A stretch of 64,000 nucleotides of DNA from the human T2T-CHM13v2.0 reference genome, Homo sapiens. This document shows positions 1 through 13,643 of the stretch, piece by piece. The notes beneath the pieces are model-generated. The model worked only from the letters and a program-made list of their open reading frames with translations, was not told the DNA's origin and ran no database searches. Numbering within the stretch: position 1 is the first letter of the stretch; each line of letters opens with the position of its first letter. Position numbers and translations under genes: made by a program. The stretch lies in NCBI RefSeq assembly GCF_009914755.1, contig NC_060934.1; one strand, written 5' to 3'.

Positions 1-2866
1 AGAAACTACTATGAACACCTCTATGTATACAAACTAGAAATCCTAGAAGAGATGGACAAATTTGTGGACACATACACCCTCCTAAGAATGAACCAGAAAG
101 AAATTGATTCCCTGAACAGAACAATAACAAGCTCTGATATTGAATCAGCAATAAACAGTCTACCAACCAATAAAAGCCCAGGAACAGATGGATTCACAGC
201 CAAATTCTACCAGATATACAAGTAAGAGCTGGTACCATTCTTACTGAAACATCTCCAGAAAACTGAAGAGAAGGGACTGCTTCTCAACTCATTCCATGAG
301 ACTAACATCATCCTGATACCAAAACCTCGCAGACACACAACAAAAAAAGAGAAAATTTTAGGCCAATATCTTCGATGAATATCAATGGAAAAATCCTAAG
401 CAAAATACTTGCAAACTGAATCCAGCAGCACAGCAAAAGTTAATCCACCATGATCAAGTAGGCTTCACATCCAGGATACAAGCTTGGTTCAACACAGGCA
501 AATCAATAAATGTGATTCATCACATAAATAGAACTAAAGACAAAAACCACAGGATTATCTCAATAGATGCAGAAAAGACTTTTGGTAAAATTCAACGTCT
601 TCTATGTTAAAAACTCTCAATAAACTAGGTATTGAAGGAACATACCTCAAAATAATAGGAGCTATATATGAAAAACCCACAGCCAACATCATACTGAATG
701 GGCAACAGCTGAAAACATTCCCCTTGTAAACCAGCACAAGACAAGGATGCCCTCTCTCACTGTTCTTATTAAACATGTTATTGGATGTCCTAGCCAGAGA
801 AATCAGGCAAGGGAAAGAAACAGAGGGCATCCAAATAGGAAAAGAGGGAGTCAAACTGTCGCTGTTTGAAGATGACATGATTCTATACGTAGAAAACCCC
901 ATAATTTTGGCCCCAAAGCTCCTTCAGCTGATAAACAACTTCAGCAAAGTTTCAGGATACAAAATCAATATACAAAAATCACTAGCATTCCTATACACTA
1001 ACAACAACCAAGCAGAAAGCCAAATCAGGAACACAATCCAATTCACAACTGCCACAAAAAGGATAAAATACCTAGAAATACGGCTAACCAAGGTGGTGAA
1101 ATATTTCTAGAATGAAAATTACAAAATACTACTCAAAGAAATCAGAAAAGACACAAACAAATGGAAAAACATCCCATTCTCATGGATAGGAAGAATCAAC
1201 ATCTTTGAAATGTCCATGCTGGCCAAAGCAACCTACAGATTCAATGTTATTCTTATCAAACTACCAAAGATACTCTTCATAGAAAAAACTATTTTAAAAT
1301 TCATATGGAATCAAAAAAGGGGCTCAAATAGCCCAGGCAATCTTAAGCAAATAGAACAAAGCTGGAGGCACCACATTTCCTGGCTATAAACTATACCACA
1401 GGGCTACAGTAACCAAAAGAGTGTGGTACTGGTACAAAAACAGGCACATAGACCAATGGAACAGAATAGAGAACCCAGAAATAAAGCCACACACCTATGA
1501 CCATCTGATCTTCCACAAAGTTGACTAAAACAAACAATAGGGAAAAGACTTTGTATTCAATAAATGGTGCTGGAATAACTGGCTAACCATATGCAGAAGA
1601 TTGAAGCTGGACCCCTTCCTTAGACTGTATATAAAAATCAACTCGAGATGGATTAAAGACTTAAATGAACAACTCGAAACTATAGAAATCTTGGAAGACA
1701 ACCTAGGCAATACCATCCTAGACATAGGAACAGGCAAAGATTGCATGACAAAGACACCAAAACCTATTGCAACCAAAGCAAACATTGACAAATTGAATCT
1801 AATCAAACTTAAGAGCTTCTTCACAGCAAAAAAGAAAAGAAAGAACAAAACTATCAACAGAATAAACAGATAACCTACAGAATGGGAGAAAATATTTGCA
1901 AACTATGCATCTGACAAAGGTCTAATATCCATTATCTATAAGAAACTTAAACAAGTGTATATAAGAGAAAAACAACCCCATTAAAAAGTGGGCAAAGGAC
2001 ATGAATGGACACTTCTCAAAAGAAGACATACATGCAGCCAACAGGCATATGAAAAAAGATCAATATCATTGATCATTAGAGAAATATAATCAAAACCACA
2101 ATGAGATAACATCTCACACCAGTTAGAATGGCTATTACTAAAAAGTCAACAAATAACAGATGCTGGCAATGTTGCAAAGACAAGGGAACACTTATACACT
2201 ATTGGTGGGAGTGTAAACTAGTTCAACCGTTGTGGAAAGCAGTATGGCGATTCCTCAAAGAGCTAAAAACAGAACTAGCATTTCCCTCATCCTCAAGGAG
2301 CTAAAACCAGAACTACCATTCCACCCAGCAATCCCATTACTGGGAATCCCATTACTGGAGGAATACAAATCATTCTACCATAAAGACACATGCATGTGAA
2401 TGTTCATTACAGCACAATTCACGATAGCAAAGACATGGAATCAACCTAAATGCCCACCAACTACAGACTGGATAAAGAAAATGTGGTACACATACACCAT
2501 TAAATGCTATACAGCCATCAAAAAGGACAAGATCATGTCTTTTAGGGGAACATGAATAGAGATGGAGGCTATCATTCTTAGGAAACTAACACAAGAACAG
2601 AAAACCAAATACCCCATGTTCTCATTCATAAGTGGGAGCTAAATGATGAGCACTCATGAACACCAACAAGGGAATAATAGATTCTGGGGTGTAATTGAAG
2701 GTGGAGTGGGGGATGAGGGAGAGGAACAGAAGAAACAACAATTGCCTACTTGGCTTAATATCTGGGTGATGAAATAATCTGTACAACAAACCCCCATGAC
2801 ATAAGTTTACCTATGCAACAAAGCTTCACATGTATCCCCCCAACCTAAAATTAAAGTTAAAAAAAA
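1..2866 (+). mobile_element. LINE-1 3' portion (ORF2 RT/C-terminal remnant, 3'UTR, A-tail), old primate L1PA13-16-like; runs off the window start
   Basis: ORF fragments 775-1110 ([19 protein letters not shown], degenerate FADD RT motif) and 1601-1873 are L1 ORF2-like but broken by stops and frameshifts; 3'UTR 'gggtgatgaaataatctgtacaacaaacccccatgac'; A-tail near 2859-2866. Confidence 0.93.
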
Positions 2867-2891
2867 CTTGGTGTAGCAATGTAGTGTGATA

Positions 2892-3480
2892 GTTCATTTA
2901 TTTATTCAACAATTATTTATGGAGAGTCTACCATGTTCCATGACTTGTTCTGGCCACTGTCAATGAAACAAATAAAGAAAATAAAATACAAAATTGATGT
3001 CCTCATGGAGCTTAAATTCTAGTGGAAATAGAGTATGAACAATAAACAAACATATAAGTAATTTTTAAAGGGATGGTACATACCATGAAGAAAAAGGAAT
3101 CAGTTATGGAAAATAGATAGTTAAAATGGAGCATACTACTTTATATAGCATAGCCAAAGAAGGCCTCCTTGAAACGCATTTGAGAATAAATCTGAATGAC
3201 ATAATTGGGCCAGGTGCATGTGTTGAGGAAGTATATAAGAGGCAGAGAGAAGATCAAGTGCAAGGACACCAAGTCAGACCAAGCTCAGGATATCTGACTT
3301 ATGACCAGGTGGTGAGCATATTTGAGGCAAAGTCTGTAGCTGAGGAAGAGAGCTGTAGCAAAGATGATCATTCACCACGATAACTGTGCCTAAACCACAA
3401 TAAGCCTTGCAGACCATGTGAAGTCAGTGGAGGGTTCTGAGAAAGGGGAGAACATGACTTTACTAAGGTTTTAATAGAAT
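2892..3480 (-). mobile_element. L2 3' end fragment
   Basis: 'ttcatttatttattcaacaattatttat...cctcatggagcttaaattctagtgg' resembles the reverse complement of the L2 3' terminus. Confidence 0.7.
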
Positions 3481-3504
3481 AATGGCTCTGGAGTTACACT
3501 TGGA

Positions 3505-3630
3505 AGCTTAGCTCCCAAATGCAAAATAGGGATAGGCATGCCTATTCTCCTAAGAATGTTGGAAAAGTTAAACGAGATACTCCCTAGAAAGTTCTCAGCA
3601 TGTAATAAGCTTTACCAATATAAGCAGTTA
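3505..3630 (+). mobile_element. MIR fragment
   Basis: 'tgcaaaatagggata...aagttaaacgagata...aaagttctcagca' resembles the MIR core. Confidence 0.5.
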
Positions 3631-3848
3631 CTACTGTGGTTGCAATGGTTAGTCATAATAATTTGCTTCCAGGGAACACAGGAGATATAATCTGAGGTAC
3701 CAAAAGACAAAATTAGATAGGACAGAAATTTATCATTATCTTGAATCTATTTATCTTAAATCTCAAGGGAAGAAACAAACATAAAGAAAAAAGAAAATAA
3801 TGGAAAGTAAAGATGCATCATGTTTCTTAAAATTAACATAATTTCCTT

Positions 3849-4290
<442 letters not shown>

Positions 4291-4859
4291 ATAATTTCCT
4301 TGATATTTATATTCCTAGAGGATATTTAGCAGGGCATGTTAATAATAGTGGGGCCTATGTAATTTGCATGTTGGGCTTCAAGGACTGAAATACTCCATAC
4401 TTGAAACCAGGTATCATTTTCACAAAACTTCAGAAAACACTGTTTGAGGAAGGTGAATTGGTGGCATATAATGTTAGAGAACAGACTTTCTGATACCATG
4501 GCCTACATAAACTCTTCCTAAACCATTTTGGCCCTATGACTTATTTATTACCCCTGCCAAAGTCACCTACTTTAATTTTCTACATACGTTCCTGCTTTTT
4601 AGATGCCTATTTTTCAAACTATATTTCTCTAATTCTCTCAAAAAATAATATATCCTCCAATTCACCTCAATTAGGCAGCATTTTCAATTTTCAATAGCTG
4701 GCTCCAATTTCTAATTACACCAATAACTCCTTCACCTCGAGGCCTTTGTAATTCTCTCACTTCAGAACATTTAGTGTTTATACGCCTACCTTACAAGAAA
4801 AGCGATCAGGGGTCACCCTTCCAAAAAGAGTCAGTGCCAGGGCTTGTCACAGTAATGGG

Positions 4860-5040
4860 CTCTGAAGTCGCCAATGCAGGTTTTGCCAATGACCTGCTGA
4901 GTGACCTTGGGCAAGCTGCCCAACCTCTCTGGGCTGTGCTTTAAAAATGCTGATTGACCTCACAAGGTTGCTGGGAGGAATTACTACTAATCAACCTGAT
5001 TGTGAAACATTTAGTCAATATAGAGTACTTTATAAATATT
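4860..5040 (+). mobile_element. MIR
   Basis: 'gtgaccttgggcaagctgcccaacctctctgggc' MIR core. Confidence 0.7.
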
Positions 5041-5384
5041 TACTAATATACAATGAGCTCACTGCATCTAAGAGCCAGGAGATTTGCATAACCACAGAAA
5101 ACTCTGTCTGGACCCCACAATAGCAGTCAACATTGTGCCTGAAATGGTTTTTTAAATCTTATATATTATCAGCATTCTGGGATGATTTCGGTTTTTTATC
5201 CTAAGTGAGGAGAATGAACTAGATCAGGGAAGCTTTAGAAGTCACTTACAAGTCAAAGAAAACAATGATCTAGTCCATTAAAGTGGCATAATTATATGCA
5301 GAAAACAAATTATTATGACATTCATAATAAAGTGTGTGTACAACTGAGCTTATCACTCAAGAAACCAAGTGAACTAAGGACAAT

Positions 5385-5862
5385 ATATGACAGACACTGT
5401 TTTGGTTACTTTGGATACAATACTCAATAAAACAAGCAAGGATCCTACTCTTCAAGAGCCTGCATTTTAGCATAAGAGACAATCAATCCAACCAATCTGA
5501 CTGTTGACATTTTCTTGTTTACATATGTACTCAGATGAAAACAAAACTGTGTTGCAGTAAAAAGTGACAGTACTTTACATTTGATGACCTTGGAAAACCT
5601 CTCCTAGCAGATGACATAAGCTGGGAGGCACATGGCTGTGCACTGGAAACAGAACAAACTACAAGTGCAAATGCCTTTAAGATGTATTAGAGGAACCACA
5701 AGACAGTCATATGCTTATAGTTCAGACGGTGATGACTAGAAAGAGGCAGGCAGTTGCTAGATCACGTATGGCCTTTATTGGAGTACAGGATAAGACATTT
5801 GGATTTTATTATGTGTAAAGTAAGAAATCATATGAGGGATTTCAGCAAAGACATATCATGAA
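5385..5862 (-). mobile_element. L2 fragment, interrupted by the L1PB and resuming at about 6777-6930
   Basis: L2-like 'ggattttattatgtgtaaagtaagaaatcatatgagggatttcagcaaag' and 'gatggcttggactaggg'. Confidence 0.55.
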
Positions 5863-5877
5863 CTGACAACATTTTTG

Positions 5878-6761
5878 TGTTTTTTCTGCTTGTTTTGCTT
5901 TGTTTTTATTTTTTAATGTATTATTTTATTTAAATAGCTTTTGGGGTAAAAGTGATTTTTGGTTGCATGGATGAATTATATAGCGGTGAATTCTGAGATT
6001 TTAGTGCACCCATCACCTGGGTAGTGTACATCGTACCCAATACGTAGTTTTTTATCCCACATCCCCCTTCCACTCTCCTCCTCCTGAGTCTCCAGAGTCC
6101 ATTTTATCACTCTGTATGTCTTTGCTTACTCATAGCTCAGCTCCCACTTCTAAGTGAGAACAAACGGTATTTGATTTTCCATTCCTGAGTTACTTCACTT
6201 AGAATAATGGCTTCAAGCTCTATTCAAGTTGCCACAAAAGATATTGTTTCCTTCCTTTTTATGGCTGAATAGTATCCCAGGATGTATATATACCACGTTT
6301 TCTTTATCCATTCGTTGGTCAGTGGGCACTTATGTTGGTTCCATGTCTTTGCAATTGTGAATTGAGCTGCAATAAACATACATGTTCAGGTATCTTGTTC
6401 ATATAATGACTTATTTTCCCTTGGGTAGATACTCAGTAGTGGGATTGCTGGATTGAATGGTAGATTTACTCTCAGTTCTTTAAGGAATCTCCATACTGTT
6501 TTCCATAGAGGTTGTACAAATTTACATTCCCACCAGCAGTGTATAAGCGTTCCCCTTTCACCATATTCATACTAACATCTATTGTTTTTTGACTTTTTAA
6601 TAATGGCCATTGTTGCAGGAGTAAGGTGTTATCTTACCATGGCTGTAATTTGCATTTCCCTGGTGATATTGAGCATTTTTTCATGTTTATTAGCTATTTG
6701 TATATCTTCTTTTGAGAAATGTCTGTTCATGTCATTTGCCCACTTTTTGATGGTATTATTT
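5878..6761 (-). mobile_element. 5'-truncated L1PB (L1PB1-like) 3' end
   Basis: 'gatgaattatatagcggtgaattctgagattttagtgcacccatcacc' L1PB 3'UTR; 15-bp TSD ctgacaacatttttg at 5863-5877 and 6762-6776. Confidence 0.9.
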
Positions 6762-8259
6762 CTGACAACATTTTTGAGGGATAATTTTGGCTGCTGAATA
6801 AAATACAGAGTGACAGAAGTAGAAAAAGTAGGGAGGCCAGTTAAGTGACACTGATGGCTTGGACTAGGGACTTATGCTAGGAGTCATTTCTGGGCTTTAT
6901 TTTTTCAGTTAGGAGTATAGGCTATGATCAGTTATCATTTGCCTCAAAATATAGTCATTTATAATTATTTTGATTTATAAATCAAAATAATTTCTATTTA
7001 TTATTTATATTTTCTAGTTATGACTTTTAATATTTCTTCAATTTAAGCTCTTCTTCAGCATAATTCTGATTCAGTGCCTGAACCTTCCTTTTCACTTAGA
7101 ACCAGGCAATTGCTGAAGCATTCTGGTTAAAGATACACTGTAAGGAATGCAGCTTCTCTGACATTGAGGGCGCGGTTTTTATAATCAACATGAATAATTC
7201 AGCAGTGCATTATTTGTGCTTTATTATTGTTTGCTTCAACTTGAACTGTAGTTAGAAGTTATGAACTTTTTTTTTAATCAGCAGAAGCTCATCCATCACT
7301 CTGCATCCCTTGCATCTACCAGGTTATAAAATTCACTATTTATAGCAACAATTGCGATGTGAAATGAGAATCAGTATTTTGTTCCTCTGATACCTAACCT
7401 TAGGTCAAGCACAGGATCTAGAGATGGATTTTTACAGGAAGTGAAATGAAAGCACACTGCTGGAGATTAATGCCAGTCTGGTTGCTCTAGGGAATGCCCT
7501 CTCTGGCTGCTTCCCAGAAGAAAAATGGTAAGTAATGTGGATTGTATGTCAAATCTACACAGTGGGTGGCAGTGGAATGACGGACAGGATGCCCAAGTGG
7601 TCTGGCATCAGAGTCCATGAGCCTAATTTTCTCAAAATGAGTGATGATCTCCTAAAATCCTGTTCAGAGATTGCTTGGGAAAGAAGTCTCCAGGACTCAT
7701 TACTTAATTCGTTCAGTCTTCAGCTCTTTATTATATCATTTATGTTGTTAGCTCTGCTCTAAACTTCTTTCCCATGTCACAATATAACTTCTCGTGTCTC
7801 TTGCAAATACTACCAACATGAATAGCCACTTTAATCAGTCCTTCTCTTCTGATAACTGAAGAGGGGGCATTTTCATGTCATTAAGAGGTTTTTTCAGAGT
7901 AAGCTTCTGGAGGACAAAGACTGTGCCTGTACTGTTTCCTTTGTAAAGTGCCTAGCATAAAGTCTTTACTAATTAGACATTTACCTAATGATTCTGATAA
8001 TTATGAAGCTAATGAGAATCACTGGTTATTTTTATACCTCTGAAAACATTTCAACTCTTTTGTGCTTTAATGTCTGAAAATCTTTAGGGAGAACTTTTCT
8101 TTTGCCACAGCTTGATTTTTCTACAAATTATGAACAATACAAAATCTTCTCAAAAATTCAGGGATCAAACTCAGGCTGGTTAATGGGCTGTAAGAGAAAA
8201 ATGCTAGCATCAGTCTACTTTTGAACAAGTAGAACTCTATTCAAAGAATAAAGTGGGAA

Positions 8260-8507
8260 TGGGCACACTAGCTCATGCCTGTATTCCTAGCAGTTTGGGA
8301 GGTCGAGCAGGGAGGATTGCTTGAGGCTAGGAGTTTCAGACCAGCCTGCACAACATAGAAAGACCCTGTTTCTACAAAAAAAAAAATTAGTTGTGCATGG
8401 TGGTGCAATGCCTGTAGTTCCAGTTTCTCAGTGAGTTATGATTGTGTCACTGCACTCCAATCAGGGTGACAGACCGAGTCCATCTCAAAACAGAACAAAA
8501 CAAAAAA
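8260..8507 (+). mobile_element. AluJ with internal right-arm deletion
   Basis: 'ggaggattgcttgaggctaggagttt' AluJ diagnostic; high divergence. Confidence 0.85.
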
Positions 8508-8824
8508 CTGAATATAGGCCCAGCAAAAACATGGGTAATGTTTGGTGACAGGTGGGAAATAAAATAAATATTTGACCTACGTATCTAGGATTTGTGGGAT
8601 TCGAATTCTAGATTAGAATCTGGGAATATGCCGGTCCTGACAGAATCCAGTCCCTCGGGGAAGCCACACTCAGTGTACAGCTTCAGTGAGGAATTACTCC
8701 TACAGATGAATCACCTTTGAAATGCAGAACCGTATTCTGGTTCTGTGGTGCAGAGAAGAGAGGCAATGGGAGGAGACATGCCACAAAAAAGCAGGCAGAT
8801 TCTTCCATAATACCTGGCAGGGTA

Positions 8825-8950
8825 TTCTTACAGACATAGTGTCCCACTTTTCAGAGGGTGGAAACAACTCTCAGAGTAGTAAGGAGGGTTCCAAATGTCA
8901 GTTTGTCTGACTCCAAAGTCCTTAGTCATAATCTCTACCCGATACTATCT
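8825..8950 (-). mobile_element. MIR fragment
   Basis: 'cccacttttcagagggtggaaac...gtctgactccaaagtcc'. Confidence 0.55.
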
Positions 8951-9277
8951 CTCTAACATACTATCCAAGAGTGAATTGAATATTGCTGGTTTCTCTACTC
9001 CTACTCCTAGTCTATGAATGTCCCCATGGTATAAATGGCCAGGTCATACCATACATGACTTCAGGTCTCTGTTTCTGGCAAGGTAGTAAATTTTTATGAG
9101 CGGACCAAGAGCAGACAGGGCTTTTTTTTTTTTTTTAAGTCCAGATACTACAAAATTCCCTCACCTTGCCACTGTTTCTCAGCTGGGGTACCACTGTCTT
9201 CTGGGGGACTCCTTGTGGGAGGTTATAAACTTGTCACAATAATTCGGGATATACATACTGCAGGGGGCCTGGGAATA

Positions 9278-9631
9278 TGCTATGTTCTGAATGTTTGTGT
9301 TCACCCTAAAATTCATATGTTGAAACCTAATTACCAATACAATGGTATTAGGAGCTGGAGACCTTGGGGCGGTGATTAGGTTATAAGGGCAGAGACCTCA
9401 TTACTGGGATTAACACCCTTATTAAGGGGCTGCCTTGCCCCTTTCTGCCATGTGAGGATATCATCTATGAACCCCATAAAGAGCCTTTGCCAGACACCAA
9501 ATCTGCCAGTGCCTTGATCTTAAACTTCCCAGCCTCCAAAACTGAGAAAAAAATTTGTTTTTTATAAACTACCTAGTATATATATATATATATATATATA
9601 TATTTTATAGCAGCCTGAATGGACTAAGACA
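9278..9631 (+). mobile_element. MaLR solo LTR, MLT1A/MST-like
   Basis: Starts tgctatg..ctgaatgtttgtg..aaaattcatatgttgaaacc; ends gcagcctgaatggactaagaca; internal (TA)n near 9577-9602. Confidence 0.85.
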
Positions 9632-9819
9632 GGAAGTTGATGTCATCACACAAAATTTTTATATGTCCCTCTGGGTTTTTGTGTAATTTTGTGTAAAATT
9701 TATATGTAATTTTACATATAAAAATTTCTAGGTTTTTTGCATTTTTTACATATACTAATGTTTACAGAATGTGACTCCCATGTAAGTGAGGAAATACTGT
9801 ATTCTTTTTTAAAAAATTT

Positions 9820-10118
<299 letters not shown>

Positions 10119-10403
10119 TCATTGATAACTTACCAAGAGTGAGCAATGGTGAGCATGCCGTTTAAGAAAGTCACATAACTGATGACCACACTGCTCACGG
10201 AACTTGCCAACCCTACTCACTTGTATCAGTCTTCACAGCTCTTCTGACAACTTTATTACTTTTGGCAGTGTAATGTCTAAACACTCACATACTAAAATAC
10301 ATTTTTAATCCATTCAGTTATTATATATTACACTCTTTTTATCTCTACATTGTATTACAGTTAGGGGATTATTTAGTTATTTTTAACCACATGTGTAGGT
10401 GAG

Positions 10404-10985
10404 TGTAAGTAGGCAGAATTTTCCCTCCTCCTCTCCTAAAGATGTTCTTCCCTAATGAATAGGTTAGATGACATGACAAAAGGGACTTTGTAGATGTAAG
10501 TGTGGTTACTGATCAGTTGTCCTTAAAATCAGGAGATTATCCTGGATTATCCAGGCCGACCTGATATAATCTCATGTGCTCCTAAAGGCAGAAGAAAAAG
10601 AGAGATTTAAAGTGTGAGAAGGACAGCCCCTGCCATTGCTGAAGATGGAGAGGGCCAAGTGAGGAGAGCTGTGGGTGGTGTGAAGGAGCAGAGAACAAGC
10701 CTTAGCTGTCAGCCAGCAAAGGCACAGTGAACTCAGACCTACAGCCTTAGGACCTGGATGTGCCAATAACCTGAATCAGCACAGAAGAGAATGCCTCCCC
10801 AGAGCCCCCAGATGGGAGTCCAGCCAGCTGATACCTTAACATCAGCCTTGTGAAACCCTAAGCAGTGAGCAAGCTGAGCTCATCTGGACTTCTGATCTAC
10901 AGAATTGTGTGAGGTAATATATGGATACACTTTTAAGATGCTAAATTTATGGTAATTTGTTAGGAAGCAATAGAAAGCTAATGTA
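10404..10985 (+). mobile_element. MaLR solo LTR, MLT1E/D-like
   Basis: 'aaaagggactttgtagatgtaa..ggagattatcctggattatcc'; end 'atttatggtaatttgttaggaagcaatagaaagctaat'. Confidence 0.8.
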
Positions 10986-11761
10986 GTTTCATGTGAGATA
11001 TTAGTTCTGCTAAAGCTAATAACGACAGCACAAGGTGGTTGGTGGCTAAGGTGCCTGGAACGCAAAGTGTTCACAGTATCATTATTTGGAACCTGGGACA
11101 GGTATTGATCAGGCTTCAATAATAGTTCCAAATGAAGTCTTTAGGTATGAGAGTTCCATTTGACTTGTTGAATAAGCATGCTCTGTCCTTCCTGATAGTC
11201 AAAGGTACAAAAAGAATTGTTGCACTTCAGTCTTATTACATTTAAAGATACTATGAAATAAAGACTAGCTTTGGTGCTAAAAAACTATAAAATCATCTTT
11301 TTTGTGTTAAAAGAAAAAATACCTATGAACATATTTAGGAAAACAAAATTTTTCAGTTGAAGAGTTCCTAAATATGTCACTGAAGGGCATTAAAGGGCCA
11401 ATTTTCTAAAGGAGAGTCTGTCTGGCATTTATGAAGTGGGGAGAAGGATACAGTCTGTTAAAGATTCAGATTCATGGGTTTCTTTCCCAAAGCTTCTAAA
11501 CCAACAGGTCTTGGAAGTGCTCAGAAATCTATAGTCTAATAAGCTTCCTAGAATTAGTACAATCTACTTTGAGAAAAGGTTTAGGTAAGGGAATTATATG
11601 AAGAGTGTTTGAAACTCCAGAGGATAAACAAATAGGCTAAAAATAACCTAACAAACAATGAAGTAGAAGAGAAATGGAAGAAGAGTATCAGTATAACTCT
11701 TTGTGCAAACTCAGCTACTACCCTAAGAAACAAGCAGTAGGCCATTTCGAAAGCAGAATAA

Positions 11762-12053
11762 GCCGGGCACGGTGGCTCACGCCTGTAATCCCAGCACTTT
11801 GGGAGGCCGAGGCGGGCGGATCACAAGGTCAGGAGATGGAGACCATCCTGGCTAACATGGTGAAACCCCATCTCTACTAAAAATACAAAAAAAATTAGCT
11901 GGGTGTGGTGGCAGGCGCCTGTAGTCCCAGCTACTTGGGAGAATGGCGTGAACCCAGGAGGTGGAGCTTTCAGTGAGCTGAGATCACGTCACTACACTCC
12001 AGCCTGGGCAACAGAGCAAGACTCTGTCTCAAAAAAAAAAAAAAAAAAAAAAG
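11762..12053 (+). mobile_element. AluY
   Basis: AluY diagnostics; TSD aagcagaataa at 11751-11761 and 12054-12064; small right-arm deletion. Confidence 0.93.
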
Positions 12054-12109
12054 AAGCAGAATAAATCTCCTCAAAGGACATGACAAAGAGCAATGACTTT
12101 AGAACAGAG

Positions 12110-12340
12110 AGGTTATGCGGTCCAGTAAAATGACTTTGGGCTTTAGGGACAGCTAGACCTTCATTAACATCCTTACTGATTCACTCACAAAGTCACTACA
12201 GGAATTTTCTCCATCTTTTTAAGTTTTAGTGTCTTCCTCTGCAAAATAGGAACAGCAGTGCCTAATCCTTAAGTAAGTGTTGAAGATTAAAATAACTATC
12301 GTCATTTTGGCAAACTGTAGCTATTTAATAAATACCTATT
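12110..12340 (+). mobile_element. MIR
   Basis: 'ttttagtgtcttcctctgcaaaataggaacagcagtgccta'. Confidence 0.55.
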
Positions 12341-12789
12341 CTTTTGTCTGCTCTCTGTTAGAAACAAAAGCTCCAAAGGTGACAAATATATTCCAAATTG
12401 ACTAATCCCACTCCTGGTCTTTAACCTTTTCAGAGAAAAAAGCTTGCATCCCATTATTTTTTAAAGGCCAGAAAAGGAAATTCATTAACATCTCTTAGTC
12501 ATTTGTTCCAGTAACATCATTTATACCAGAAATGCCTTCTTCAAATCCCACCTAATAAAACTGGAACCTATTATTTATCTACAACATGTACTCATGAAGT
12601 AGAGAAGAAATTAAAATGAGACAGCTAATGTCACTAGAGACCAACGGGCTTAACAGCAAGAGCTAAGAAGATTCAAATTTGTTGCCACCTTACTAAGCCA
12701 CCATTTTTAGAATAGATTTCTTACCCGATATCCTATTTATCCCCTGTGAATTGGTAATAATTATGGTAACAATCCCCCTTTGATATGCT

Positions 12790-12900
12790 TGTATTCATTC
12801 AACCAACATGTACTGAACATTCTATTGTATGCCATAGGCCCTGCAAAATACTGTGGGCACAGAAATGAATAGAAGTTGGTTGGTTGCTCCCTAGGATCTC
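12790..12900 (-). mobile_element. L2 3' end fragment
   Basis: 'attcattcaaccaacatgtactgaacattctattgtatgcca'. Confidence 0.55.
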
Positions 12901-13125
12901 TGAGGGCAAGCTTGGCTAAAGTGAAATCTAAGTTACTACCTCTTTCAGATGCTCCACGGAGGCAATAAATACCTAAGTTCTCTGTGTCTGGATTTAGTAC
13001 AGTTGCTTCTGAGTTATTATTTGTCATTCCCAGCTTCACCCAAGATACCTGGAGAATGAACTGCAATTCCCCTGGTTCCACCATTATGCTGTGAATCTGA
13101 GCATACTATTGGGAATATGGTCTAC

Positions 13126-13335
13126 CAGAGGTATCCAATCTTTTGACTTCCCTAGGCCATATTGGACGAAGAAGAATTGTCTTGGGCCACACATAAAATA
13201 CACTAACATTAATGATAGCTGATGAGCTTAAAAAAAAAAAATCACCAAAAAAGTCTCATAATGTTTTAAGAAAGTTTATAGATTTGTGTTGGGATGCATT
13301 CAAAGCCATTCTGGACTGTGAGTTGGGCAAGCTTG
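13126..13335 (+). mobile_element. MER30 (hAT-Charlie MITE)
   Basis: cagaggtatccaatctttt...gaagaattgtcttgggccacacataaaatacactaac...ttgggcaagcttg. Confidence 0.88.
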
Positions 13336-13343
13336 GTCTAGGT

Positions 13344-13541
13344 CAACATTTGGCAAACTTTTTTCTGTAAAGGTTCGGGCACTACATATTCTTGGCTTTG
13401 TGGGTCATAGAGTCTCATTTGCAATTTTTCAACTCTCCCATTAGAGCATGGACAATATGTAAACAGATAGGTGCAGCTGTGTTCCAATAAAACTTTATTT
13501 ATAATCAGGTGGTAGGCAGAATTTGGCTGTTGTTGACCCTA
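13344..13541 (+). mobile_element. MER58A (hAT-Charlie MITE)
   Basis: 'ggcaaactttt.tctgtaaagg' and 'gctgtgttccaataaaactttattt'; flanked by gtctaggt and gtctagat. Confidence 0.82.
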
Positions 13542-13602
13542 GTCTAGATACTTTAGGCTAAAATTCCTAGTTGCTGACTTTTTAGCTTTTTAACCTGAGA
13601 TT

Positions 13603-13643
13603 ACACACGCACACTCACACTCACACACACACATACACACACA
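13603..13643. repeat. Imperfect (CA)n microsatellite
   Basis: Direct reading. Confidence 0.9.

Noticed and set aside
775-1873. L1 ORF2-like ORFs as functional CDS
   Set aside because: Fragmented by stops and frameshifts and the RT motif is degenerate (FEDD); a dead L1.
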